A DNA stretch of 49,484 nt from positions 1-49,484 of the forward strand of contig JBGSVZ010000117.1 of the NCBI GenBank assembly GCA_041752695.1, read 5' to 3'. Shown in pieces: positions 27,564 through 36,506 of this stretch (position 1 is its first letter; each line of letters starts with the position of its first letter). The position numbers and the translations under genes are program-made. The DNA is from Terrimicrobiaceae bacterium. GTDB lineage: Bacteria; Verrucomicrobiota; Verrucomicrobiia; Chthoniobacterales; Terrimicrobiaceae. Under the pieces are notes generated by a model. That model made no database searches. It was not told the origin of the DNA and saw only the letters and a program-made list of their open reading frames with translations.

Positions 27564-30500
27564 CTATTGGCTGTAAAGAATCTGGAGCCGGATGAATCGG
27601 GGTTGCGCATTCCCAAATGGAACGGTGTCCCGGAACAGCCACGTTTCCGTGCCGTCGCCGTTCGGAGTGGGATACCCCATCGGCAGCCCATCGCTCCAGT
27701 CGATTAGGTTGCCGGAGACGCGTGCCCCATATGTGAGACCAACTCGACTGATGGGCCGACATACTTGCAGCCCCAGATAGTCGCTTCCCGCCTGGGAAAG
27801 GATCGATATGGTCGGTAAACCGGGTCGCCCGGGTCCGGCTGGAACCGCATCGACCGAAGCCGGATTCATCCCGAGGGAAAACTCGAGGATGTTCGACACG
27901 CCATCCTTTTCTGGGTCTGCGTCGGGACCGATGGTTTGCGGCGAGTGCTCACCCGGATAGGAGGAGGAGATCCAGTCCGCGTAGTTGTCTGGATTGGGAG
28001 ACACGGTGACGCTCAGGTCGCTGAATGTGCCGATCTGGGTATCGCTCGCAAAGAGTCGCAGCACGTAGGCACCGGGCCGGTCGAAAAGAGCGGTCGTGGA
28101 GGGTGAGGCCGGGTTGCCAAAGACCACCGCCCCAGGGCCACCGATCTTGCTCCAGAAGGTTGAGAGCGAGCCCCCCTTCCCGTCGTCGCTGGCGCTACCC
28201 TCGAGATTCGCTGCCACGCCGTTTGCCGGACTTGGAGCCGGGCCGACCGAGACGACAGGAGCCAAATTGAGTGCGCCGGCGAGCGAGCCCACTTCGTTTC
28301 CCGTGAGCGCTCGCTGGAAAAACCGGACTTCATCCACCGAGCCATCGAGCCACGTGGTCGCCGACAGATGCGTCACCCCCACTTTCAGAGAGGACGCATA
28401 ATTTGGCACCGAGGCGCTGGATTCCGCTGCTGTCTTGTCGATAACTCCGTTCACATAAAGCGTTGCTCGTTCGGCTGCTGGGAGCGAACCATCGAAAACG
28501 AGTGCGACATGATACCAGGTGTTCAATTGGATCTGCGTGTTGCTGGTGAACCGGTCATTGTTGCCGTCTATATCCACGTTGATCCGCTTGTAGGCAGCAT
28601 CGGAGGTGTTTCCCTGCAGAAATGTGGTGAACGCATTGTTGTCCGTCGGAGCGGTGCGCTTCGAAATGAGGCCCGCTCCCGCCGAGTTGTAGGAATGGGC
28701 CCGAAACCAATAACTCAGCGTGAAAGCGTTACCGGGCTGGAGGCTGGAAGAATTTGGGACCTCGACGAAACCGCTCGTTCCGTCGAAAGAGAGCGATCCA
28801 CCCACCGATCCTCCGGTGGGCTGCCATGTTGTGCCGCCGCTTAGGGTCCCGGCATTACCCGCGCTCGAGCTGTCGGCCGCCTCATTGCCACCCGCTTCAT
28901 TCAACTTCAACCACAAGGTCGAGCTGGCCGTAAGGGAACCGGTGCCGACGCTCACAGTGACATCCACCGAAGTCGATTTCGCTCCATCGCTTGCAGTGAT
29001 GCGAAGACGATACTGTCCAGTCGCGAAAAAAGTGACGCCGGTTTCCGCGCTCGTCGCATTGTCAAAGACGGCACCGGGGGGGCCACTAACCACGGACCAC
29101 TGCACGCTCAACGCTCCCTGCTCTCCATCATCGGAAACGTTTGCCTGGAGAAGCAGGTTGCTGCCGAGGTTTTGGAGAACGGCGGAACCTCCCACGGGGC
29201 TGACAATACTCACTCCGGGTGGCTGGTTGATTTCATTGGTAAACAGGGCCTTTACCTGGGTTGCCCAGGACGTGTAGCTGGTGTAGGTGCCCGCAAACCA
29301 GATCAACGCATAGCTGTAGTCTGTGCGATCCCTAGGTACGTACGGCCGTAGATTGTCCACGGCGGAGTCCGGCGTGATTGCCTGCCACGTGAAGGTTAGT
29401 CCCCCGTCCGCAGTGACACCGCGGTAAATCTCGTAGCGTCCATTTCCTTTTAGGGGGACCTTGGTCGTACTGGAAAGGTCAAACGGGCTGGCCGCATTGC
29501 TGGAAATATAGATCACATTGGGGTCCCGGGGATCGACGCAGATGCCGCCCGCATAATCGTCCTCATTCTGATAAAGTGGACGCCCCGCCTGGGCGATGAA
29601 GCGCTTTTGCCAGCCACTGCCGGGCACCCAGCGGGCATAAAAATAATAGATCCGGTCGTCCGACCAGTTTGGTCCGGCAACATTGTCCACCTGCACGGAA
29701 AATGTGGCGATGGGATGGCCAGAGGCATCATAGGCAAGGTCCCAGCACCAAGCGCGCCCGGTGGCGATGTGATTATTGGGATCGATGGAGGCGGCTGCGC
29801 TGTATTGATAGATCACCGAACCGCGTTCCCCCGAATCGTGAAGGAGGGGCGCATTCGCCAGTGTCTTGAGAAATGTACCGTCGGTTTTGTAAAGCGCCCC
29901 GTCTTTGTAATAGGCATGGTAAAGCGAGTTATTCAGGTCCCGCGGATGCCCGTCCGAGTAAAAAAAATCAATTCGATCCGTGCCATTCGAGGCATATTTG
30001 ACGTAGGGACGGACGGTGCCCCCGCTGCCCGTCTGTATCAAAATTTTGGCGTCGGACCAGCTTGCTCCAAAGTCGTCCGTGGAGACGAACGTCGGATTGT
30101 AGTTCAGGTTCCGCATGAAGTTGTAGACGCGGCCGGATTCCGCTGTCAATTGGAACGGGTTCGCGTAGCTGACTCGTTCCGGGCTGTTGTAGGTCAGCTC
30201 ACCGCTCCAGTTTGCTGGGATGGCTGGTGTGGTGCCGGAGGAAAGACGGTAGTTGAAGGAGGTGCTCGCTGTGGCATGGCGGGCGTAAAATCCCATGAGG
30301 CGCCCATCCTGCAGCGGAAGCAGGCCGGGGTTGTCGTGGTCGTCGATTTCCGTCCAAGTGCTCGTCCAGAGCGTGGTGGGTGCGGCGGGGTTCTGGAGAT
30401 TGTAAACTCCGAGAGTCGAACGTCCGTTGCTCTGCATGTACCCAAAATAAAGCAGTCCGTCTTTGATCACGGCCCGCGGGTCGTTAAACCATGTCCAAGT

Positions 30501-30602
30501 CCCGTCGGGAGCCAATGTCACCGGAGATTGGGCAAATAGGGGCTGCATTGTGCCAAGAAGAAAAATGGCAATTTGAAGCCGGGAAAGTAAAGCACAGCTC
30601 AT
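27564..30602 (-). CDS. Secreted BNR-4 beta-propeller protein with PKD/Ig-like, LamG-like and C-terminal domains
   Basis: Signal peptide; WTWFNDPRA, DDHDNP, STDDFGASWS, RPYVKY; two DDG...W...GP..V.F Ig-like units; LamG WYHVALVFDG...GSVDEVRFF; tail DADPEKDGVSNILEF...RFIRLQI. Confidence 0.85.
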   Translation of the reverse strand: MSCALLSRLQIAIFLLGTMQPLFAQSPVTLAPDGTWTWFNDPRAVIKDGLLYFGYMQSNGRSTLGVYNLQNPAAPTTLWTSTWTEIDDHDNPGLLPLQDGRLMGFYARHATASTSFNYRLSSGTTPAIPANWSGELTYNSPERVSYANPFQLTAESGRVYNFMRNLNYNPTFVSTDDFGASWSDAKILIQTGSGGTVRPYVKYASNGTDRIDFFYSDGHPRDLNNSLYHAYYKDGALYKTDGTFLKTLANAPLLHDSGERGSVIYQYSAAASIDPNNHIATGRAWCWDLAYDASGHPIATFSVQVDNVAGPNWSDDRIYYFYARWVPGSGWQKRFIAQAGRPLYQNEDDYAGGICVDPRDPNVIYISSNAASPFDLSSTTKVPLKGNGRYEIYRGVTADGGLTFTWQAITPDSAVDNLRPYVPRDRTDYSYALIWFAGTYTSYTSWATQVKALFTNEINQPPGVSIVSPVGGSAVLQNLGSNLLLQANVSDDGEQGALSVQWSVVSGPPGAVFDNATSAETGVTFFATGQYRLRITASDGAKSTSVDVTVSVGTGSLTASSTLWLKLNEAGGNEAADSSSAGNAGTLSGGTTWQPTGGSVGGSLSFDGTSGFVEVPNSSSLQPGNAFTLSYWFRAHSYNSAGAGLISKRTAPTDNNAFTTFLQGNTSDAAYKRINVDIDGNNDRFTSNTQIQLNTWYHVALVFDGSLPAAERATLYVNGVIDKTAAESSASVPNYASSLKVGVTHLSATTWLDGSVDEVRFFQRALTGNEVGSLAGALNLAPVVSVGPAPSPANGVAANLEGSASDDGKGGSLSTFWSKIGGPGAVVFGNPASPSTTALFDRPGAYVLRLFASDTQIGTFSDLSVTVSPNPDNYADWISSSYPGEHSPQTIGPDADPEKDGVSNILEFSLGMNPASVDAVPAGPGRPGLPTISILSQAGSDYLGLQVCRPISRVGLTYGARVSGNLIDWSDGLPMGYPTPNGDGTETWLFRDTVPFGNAQPRFIRLQILYSQ

Positions 30603-30742
30603 GGTGGGGGTTGGGAAAGATAACTTCCGTCTGGCTCGATCGGAAGAATCTGGAGCGCCCAACGCCCCACTGAAGCTATGATAACGAGGGTCACAGACTG
30701 ATCCCGCAGTGGCCAAAAATGAACGCCAGGAGATCGACAGCC

Positions 30743-31603
30743 CTAGCGACCTTGACCAACGCCCCTTCGCAGAATTCGACGTGAGCCGATTATCAGCCCC
30801 AGTCCGCAGAGCATCAGAATGTTGGTAGTTGGTTCCGGAACGACGCCGAAGTTATCAACCGCAAGGACTTTATTGTTCGGATTGCCATTGGCGCGAAATC
30901 CGGCGTAGGCGGTGACATCACTCCCGTCGGACAAACTGGTCTGATTCATGGCCTGACTGGTAATACTTGCACCCGAAACTGCGCCGACAAGGGTCGAGCC
31001 TGTCGCTCCATAGTCCTCGACTAGCGCGGAATAAGTGAATCCGGACCCCGTGTCAGTGAAGGTGGCGGAGAGCTTATACCATGTGCTTGCCGTCAGGGTG
31101 AAAGCGGAGGTCAGGTTTACGTTGGCCGCAGCCCCGTTGTTGGCATAGGTTCCCTCCAGAGTGTAGTTCGTCCCGGTGGTTGTCGACCGCACCCTTGCCG
31201 AAACATAATCCTGTCCTCCTCCCGACAGGAACGCCTGGGTCAGATCTTCACTGAATCCGACTTGAGCGGCGGTGATCAGCGCATCGCCTCCGATGGTTGG
31301 TGGAATGAGAAAAAAGAGCGAGATGGTCTGTGGGCTGCCATCTGAAAGATTGAAGCTGCTTTGGTTATAGAGTGCCGTCGAATCCGTAGTGGCTCCCTGG
31401 GTGACATCGACGCGTCCGCTCGTCCCTCCGACGCCCGTCGAAGAACTCCAGGTGAAACTGTCGCTCGTTGTATTGATCTCGGTAAAATCCGTGGTGTAAT
31501 CGGTTGAGACGTCGAAATCCACCAAGATGGCTGCGTGAACGGGCAGCGCAGCAACTAACGTCGCGGCAAAAATTGCGGGGAGGGCTTTGTGTTTGGTTTT
31601 CAT
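30743..31603 (-). CDS. PEP-CTERM sorting-domain protein
   Basis: Signal peptide; beta-rich body; VPEPTT followed by a TM helix and RRILRR. Confidence 0.9.
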   Translation of the reverse strand: MKTKHKALPAIFAATLVAALPVHAAILVDFDVSTDYTTDFTEINTTSDSFTWSSSTGVGGTSGRVDVTQGATTDSTALYNQSSFNLSDGSPQTISLFFLIPPTIGGDALITAAQVGFSEDLTQAFLSGGGQDYVSARVRSTTTGTNYTLEGTYANNGAAANVNLTSAFTLTASTWYKLSATFTDTGSGFTYSALVEDYGATGSTLVGAVSGASITSQAMNQTSLSDGSDVTAYAGFRANGNPNNKVLAVDNFGVVPEPTTNILMLCGLGLIIGSRRILRRGVGQGR

Positions 31604-31662
31604 GGATTGTGGATTTTAAGAAGGGGACGCTTTTGGAATGGACAGAAGCTGAACCAGAAGCA

Positions 31663-31701
31663 TTGACAGGGTCAAACGGCTCATCATGTTACATGTAACG
31701 A
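31663..31701 (+). promoter_or_regulatory. Promoter (-35 TTGACA) and operator ATGTTACATGTAACGA for the downstream LacI gene
   Basis: TTGACA at 31663-31668 and a perfect 12-bp palindrome GTTACATGTAAC at 31688-31699, abutting the ATG at 31701. Confidence 0.65.
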
Positions 31702-32738
31702 TGACTCTCCCCACAAAGCTGAAGGACATTGCAAAACTCGCCGGAGTTTCCAAGATGACGGTTTCGCGTGTCTTGCGCAACGACCCTGCCGTCAGTGAGC
31801 GGACGCGAGAATCCGTCTGGCAGGTGGCCCGTGCTCTTAGCTACCGACCGGACCCGGTGGTTTCGGCTTTTTTGCAAAGATCACGCGGAGCGAAATTGCC
31901 GTCGCATATTACCGTGATGGCCTATTTGACCACATATGACTTGAGGACGGCCTTTGGGCAGCAGATCTATTTGCGGCAAATGCAGGAAGGGGCGCGGGTC
32001 AGGGCGGAAGAGCTGGGGTTCCGGCTTGATGAGTTCAATTTGCCTGGCCAAAAGATCACCGCGAGACGACTGGGGCAGATTCTGCAAGCCCGAGGCATTC
32101 AAAGTTTGCTGGTGGCCCCTCTGCCTCGGATGGGTCGAGTGCGGATGGATTTCCGGCCCTTCGCCTGCGGTGCCCTTGGAACCTCGCTGCTCCATCCGGA
32201 CCTCCCGCGGGTGCAGAGCAATCACGTCCGGAATATCGCCCTCGCTTTGCGTGAAATGCGCCGCAGAGGAGTGAAGCGGATCGGCCTGGTGATTGATGAT
32301 ACGGGAGAAAGCCGCACCGAGCATGTCTTGAATTCGCGCATGCTCTACTTCCAGTCTAATTTGGCCAAAGCCGAAAAGGTCCCGACTCTGGTGTTGCCCG
32401 TTCTGGAGGAAAAGCCGGTGTTACGCTGGATCTCCAAACACCGACCGGAGGCAGTGCTCGGCTTTTCCTTTCAGATCCGAAAGTGGCTGGATGCGCTGGG
32501 TGGGGAGCGTCCACTCGTCGTCAACCTCAATTGCGCCCCCGGAGACGGTTCCGATTTCGGAATCAACCAAAAGCCGGAGAAGCTGGGGGCTGCGGGGGTG
32601 GAATTGGTGGTCGAGCAGCTTTACGCGAATCGGTTCGGGATCCCGGAAGACCCCAAAACCGTGATGCTTTCGGGCTGCTGGGTCTCGGGTTCACAACCAC
32701 TCAAATCCCCTCCACGCTTCCCGACACTTCAGGATTAG
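31701..32738 (+). CDS. LacI-family transcriptional regulator
   Basis: KLKDIAKLAGVSKMTVSRVLRN, YRPDP, GARVRAEELGFRLDEF. Confidence 0.92.
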   Translation: MTLPTKLKDIAKLAGVSKMTVSRVLRNDPAVSERTRESVWQVARALSYRPDPVVSAFLQRSRGAKLPSHITVMAYLTTYDLRTAFGQQIYLRQMQEGARVRAEELGFRLDEFNLPGQKITARRLGQILQARGIQSLLVAPLPRMGRVRMDFRPFACGALGTSLLHPDLPRVQSNHVRNIALALREMRRRGVKRIGLVIDDTGESRTEHVLNSRMLYFQSNLAKAEKVPTLVLPVLEEKPVLRWISKHRPEAVLGFSFQIRKWLDALGGERPLVVNLNCAPGDGSDFGINQKPEKLGAAGVELVVEQLYANRFGIPEDPKTVMLSGCWVSGSQPLKSPPRFPTLQD

Positions 32739-32785
32739 CTGAATGTGAGCGTGGCGGATGCCCTCTCCTCCCCGGGGTTGGCCAC

Positions 32786-34855
32786 CTAACAGGCACACTC
32801 CCATTTCACGAAGAGGAAACTCTGGGGCGCGGGGATCCGGACCACTGCACGCCGCTCTTCCAGTCGCGCAGAACCGTTTCCAGCCAATACCGTGACTTGG
32901 CATGTGTCCAGGACCGCTTCAGGAAGCTCGATCGACTGTTCTTCAATTGGATTCAATTCCCGGAAAACAAGCAGGATACCGGCGTGTTCTTCGATGGACA
33001 CAAACCCTGTCCAGGCCGTTCCATCAGGAGGAGCCCCCACCGGAATGATCCGGCCACGGAAAATTCTCTCCCGATGTTGCTTCCAGATCTGCACCAGCGG
33101 GGCGACCTGTTCGAGGTAGGATGCGGGGAGATTTGAGGTTTCGAACCATCCTAGCGGATTGGAAAACAGGGTTGTCGCGAAAAGGTAGTCTGGTCGATAG
33201 GCTGCAGGAGCAAGTGGATCATTCCCATAAACATGGGCCTGTCGGGCGTTATTCAGGAACTCCATCCTTAGCCGCAGCGGATCCACATATTGCGCAAGTT
33301 TCCACAAGTTGCGCAAGGTGTGGTGTGGCCAATACCGATGCCAGTCCGTGTAGCGATTTTCCACGAAGATTGGGCCGCAATGGAGGTTGCCAAAATATCC
33401 GGGCCGGATTTCCGCGGTCACATCAAGATCGAAGACGACCCGCCCTTCGGTCTCGCTCAAAACCTTTTCGAAAAAACGGTCAAGATTTCCCATCCCTGAG
33501 CGAGAGTGCGCTTTTACGCCGTCGATTTTGATGTAACACACTCCGTAAGTCCGGTGGATCTCGATGATCTTGCCGGCGTCGCGATCCCAGTTGGCAAAGT
33601 CATGTGACGAATCCGGCGCAAACCAGAGGCCGAACTGCATCCCCTTTTCCTTCGCCCGTGCGATCACGCCCTCCAACCCCTGGGGGAACCGCTCCAGGTT
33701 TGGCTCCCAGAAGTTCGCGTCCGCCGCCCAGAATCCGTTCCAGACACCGCCGGGGTCGGCCGAGTTGGCGGTGCGTCCCCGCTGCCAGCCATCATCGATC
33801 TGGACGACATCCACGCCCAGGCGTGCCCCGGCCTCGACCTCCCGAATCATAAAATTTTCGTTGATGCGCGCGTCCCGGGAGCGATCGCCCCAGGTATTGC
33901 TAAGAAACAGTCCGTCCCGCGCCGGCACGTAGGCCCGTACCTGGCGCTGGTAGTTCTGCAAAGCGGCAATCCGCCCCGACCGTCCGCCCTGGTAGGCAAT
34001 AACAGCAAAGGCATCACCCTGTCCTTCTGCCGGACTCATCCCGTGGCCATAGAAAACGCAATGAAAGACGCAGTGATGATCATTCCCAGTCATCGAAAAG
34101 TCGTACTCGCTGCGAATGGGACGGGCGTGGGGCAGCGGTGCCTGCTTCAGGAAAATCAACCCACACCCGCGCAATGTATCCTCGAGGAAAAAGAGATTTC
34201 CGGAAAGTTTTAGGTTCACCTCGTTGGTCTGCAGTAGCCACTCGTGCTCAAAAACGAGCTCGTTATGGACGTCGGTCTGATCCTTCAGTTCAATCTGGAT
34301 CAGGCGCAGGTGCAGGAGGGAAAGCCGGAAATTTTCCAGTGCGTCCAGTTCAACCTCTCCTTCATGTTCGCTTGCAGTTACCTCAACGCCTGTGGGTCCC
34401 GCATGGACGGTCGACGCATTCGTCGGCGGAAGTGCGGCCTCCCCGGAAACGCTCAGCCGCGCGACGATGGCCGAAGATCCGGGAAAAATCTGAAAACAAT
34501 ATTTCAAGGAAACGCGCGCCCCGGATGCCTCGAGTTCGATGACGAGCGAGGGTTCTTCCACCGCCGAGAATTTTCCATGGAAGGCGGAGACGGAGACGGT
34601 GCGCGGCTCCTCCGGCACGATGCCGGGCGGGCACGGTGAAGGGCCGTTGGGCGACGCGGCGATCCACTCGGTTTCGGCGAGGACATCGCGGAGCGAAACC
34701 GCGTGGAGTACTCCTCTGGTTACGCGCCAACTTCGTTCGATCCATTGATTTCCTATCACCAGTTCTTTGCTGTTCCATCGTGCGTGGCAGCCGTGAAATT
34801 CGAACTGCGAATCTTCACACATCTGCAAGGGCCCGTCCGGCATGGTCGTCATCAT
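32786..34855 (-). CDS. GH36-like alpha-galactosidase
   Basis: SNTWGD, VQIDDGWQ, RFPQGL, GMQFGLWFAP, YIKIDG. The start lies among ATGs at 34855/34852/34843/34822. Confidence 0.85.
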   Translation of the reverse strand: MMTTMPDGPLQMCEDSQFEFHGCHARWNSKELVIGNQWIERSWRVTRGVLHAVSLRDVLAETEWIAASPNGPSPCPPGIVPEEPRTVSVSAFHGKFSAVEEPSLVIELEASGARVSLKYCFQIFPGSSAIVARLSVSGEAALPPTNASTVHAGPTGVEVTASEHEGEVELDALENFRLSLLHLRLIQIELKDQTDVHNELVFEHEWLLQTNEVNLKLSGNLFFLEDTLRGCGLIFLKQAPLPHARPIRSEYDFSMTGNDHHCVFHCVFYGHGMSPAEGQGDAFAVIAYQGGRSGRIAALQNYQRQVRAYVPARDGLFLSNTWGDRSRDARINENFMIREVEAGARLGVDVVQIDDGWQRGRTANSADPGGVWNGFWAADANFWEPNLERFPQGLEGVIARAKEKGMQFGLWFAPDSSHDFANWDRDAGKIIEIHRTYGVCYIKIDGVKAHSRSGMGNLDRFFEKVLSETEGRVVFDLDVTAEIRPGYFGNLHCGPIFVENRYTDWHRYWPHHTLRNLWKLAQYVDPLRLRMEFLNNARQAHVYGNDPLAPAAYRPDYLFATTLFSNPLGWFETSNLPASYLEQVAPLVQIWKQHRERIFRGRIIPVGAPPDGTAWTGFVSIEEHAGILLVFRELNPIEEQSIELPEAVLDTCQVTVLAGNGSARLEERRAVVRIPAPQSFLFVKWECAC

Positions 34856-35087
34856 TAAAGGCTTGGATCTATGCCCGGTCCGCTTTCCTAAAACAAAGAG
34901 ATTCGGCAGCATTAGTCCGATCGGCATTATCTGTCCGCGGAAACCGGAGATGGCTGGTGAGCCGCTTAAATCCTTGATTCCCGGCCCCTGCGGAGCAGGC
35001 TCTGAGTCTGGCTCATCCGCAATTGCAGAGATCAAATACGGGAAAACGGATGGCCCCGCGCGCCTTCTCTGGAGAAGCTTCCTCGAC

Positions 35088-36506
35088 ATGGCCAGTCTTC
35101 CCCTTTCGACTTCTCACTCAGGTGGCGAGGAGTGGCGCGACCTGGATGTTGCGCCCGAGTTTTACAATGCCGGACGTTCGGCGGACACGATCACCGCGGC
35201 GCGGAAGCAGATCCGCGAGATCCGGATGCGCGATGTCGAGTTACGCATTGTCGATCGTCGTGGGCACGCGGTCGCGGGCACGGCCGTAGAAATTGAGCAG
35301 ATTCGCAACGCCTTCCCATTTGGTGAGCAACTCTGGCCGCTGGATGCCATGGTGCGCGACGGGGAAGGGGAGGGCGAACGGGCGCGCGCCTGGAAGCGCC
35401 GGTTTGCGGAGATCTTCAACTCCGCAACTAGCCTCTGTTACTGGACGGAGCGTGACCGTCACGACGCCTCAAAAACCGAGGACTGCCAGGGCGACTGGAG
35501 GCTGGATAACTTTGCCGCCACAGTAGACTGGACGATCAGCCAAGGTCTGACCGCCAAAGGCCATCCGCTATTCTGGCCGATTCCGAAAGCCGTGCCAAAG
35601 TGGGTGCAGCGCTACGACTACGCCACGCAGATGAAGTTTGCCGAGGTCCGCGTGCGCAATATTGTCGCGCGTTTCAAAGGCCGGATCAGAATCTGGGACG
35701 CGGTCAATGAGCCCATGTGGGAACCGGCGTTCAAAAACCTCTCCCGGCGGGATTGGCCCCACATTGAGCAAATCGGCGAGATCGCGGATTACATCGAGCC
35801 GGTGCTCCGTTGGTGTCGCGAAGAGGATCCTGATGCCCGTTATCTGATCAATGACTACGGGATGGAGGCGGACATGGCCAGCGGCAGCTTGCGAGGAAAC
35901 GACGGGTCGATTGTCACAGCCCCTTCACAGCGCCAGCGTTTCCTGGCGTTGCTGCGCGAACTGCAGGACCGAGGCACTCCTCCCGATGCGATCGGACTGC
36001 AGAACCACACGGGATGGCCCCAACATGAGGAACAGTGGGCAGTGTATGACGAGTTTGCGACCTCGGGGCTGCCGGTCCACATCACGGAATTTTGGGCCAG
36101 CACCCATGAACTGGAACAAAGTGGGAAATATTCCTCGAAGGAAATCGACGAGATCCAGGCTGAATATGTGGCCAATTTCCTCACCTGCGCCTATGGCCAT
36201 CCCGCGGTCGAAGGGTTTTTCTTCTGGGGATTCATGAATTCCGCCATCACGTGGGGCGAACGCTCCGGGCACGACGTAAAACCTGTTTTCGAACGAGTGA
36301 GAAAGCTTCTGCGGGACGAATGGATGACCCGCCAAACCCTCATCACCGATCCTGAAGGAATCGTCCGTTTTCGGGGATTTTTCGGGGACTATTCCCTGCG
36401 AGTTCCGATCATAAACGGTGTACGATCGGGTCTCTGCTTTCAGGTGGACCCCTCGGCCACGATGCCGCTGCTGCTCAGGACGCCGCTGAATGCCAACGCC
36501 CCATGA
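35088..36506 (+). CDS. GH10 (endo-1,4-beta-xylanase-like)
   Basis: KGHPLFW, WDAVNE (acid/base), LINDY, IGLQNH, HITEF (nucleophile), FFWGF. No signal peptide seen. Confidence 0.9.
   Translation: MASLPLSTSHSGGEEWRDLDVAPEFYNAGRSADTITAARKQIREIRMRDVELRIVDRRGHAVAGTAVEIEQIRNAFPFGEQLWPLDAMVRDGEGEGERARAWKRRFAEIFNSATSLCYWTERDRHDASKTEDCQGDWRLDNFAATVDWTISQGLTAKGHPLFWPIPKAVPKWVQRYDYATQMKFAEVRVRNIVARFKGRIRIWDAVNEPMWEPAFKNLSRRDWPHIEQIGEIADYIEPVLRWCREEDPDARYLINDYGMEADMASGSLRGNDGSIVTAPSQRQRFLALLRELQDRGTPPDAIGLQNHTGWPQHEEQWAVYDEFATSGLPVHITEFWASTHELEQSGKYSSKEIDEIQAEYVANFLTCAYGHPAVEGFFFWGFMNSAITWGERSGHDVKPVFERVRKLLRDEWMTRQTLITDPEGIVRFRGFFGDYSLRVPIINGVRSGLCFQVDPSATMPLLLRTPLNANAP

Noticed and set aside
34911..34930. 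Imperfect palindrome ATTAGTCCGATCGGCATTAT in the GH36/GH10 divergent gap
   Set aside because: A single occurrence with only an 8-bp perfect core; not enough to call an operator.
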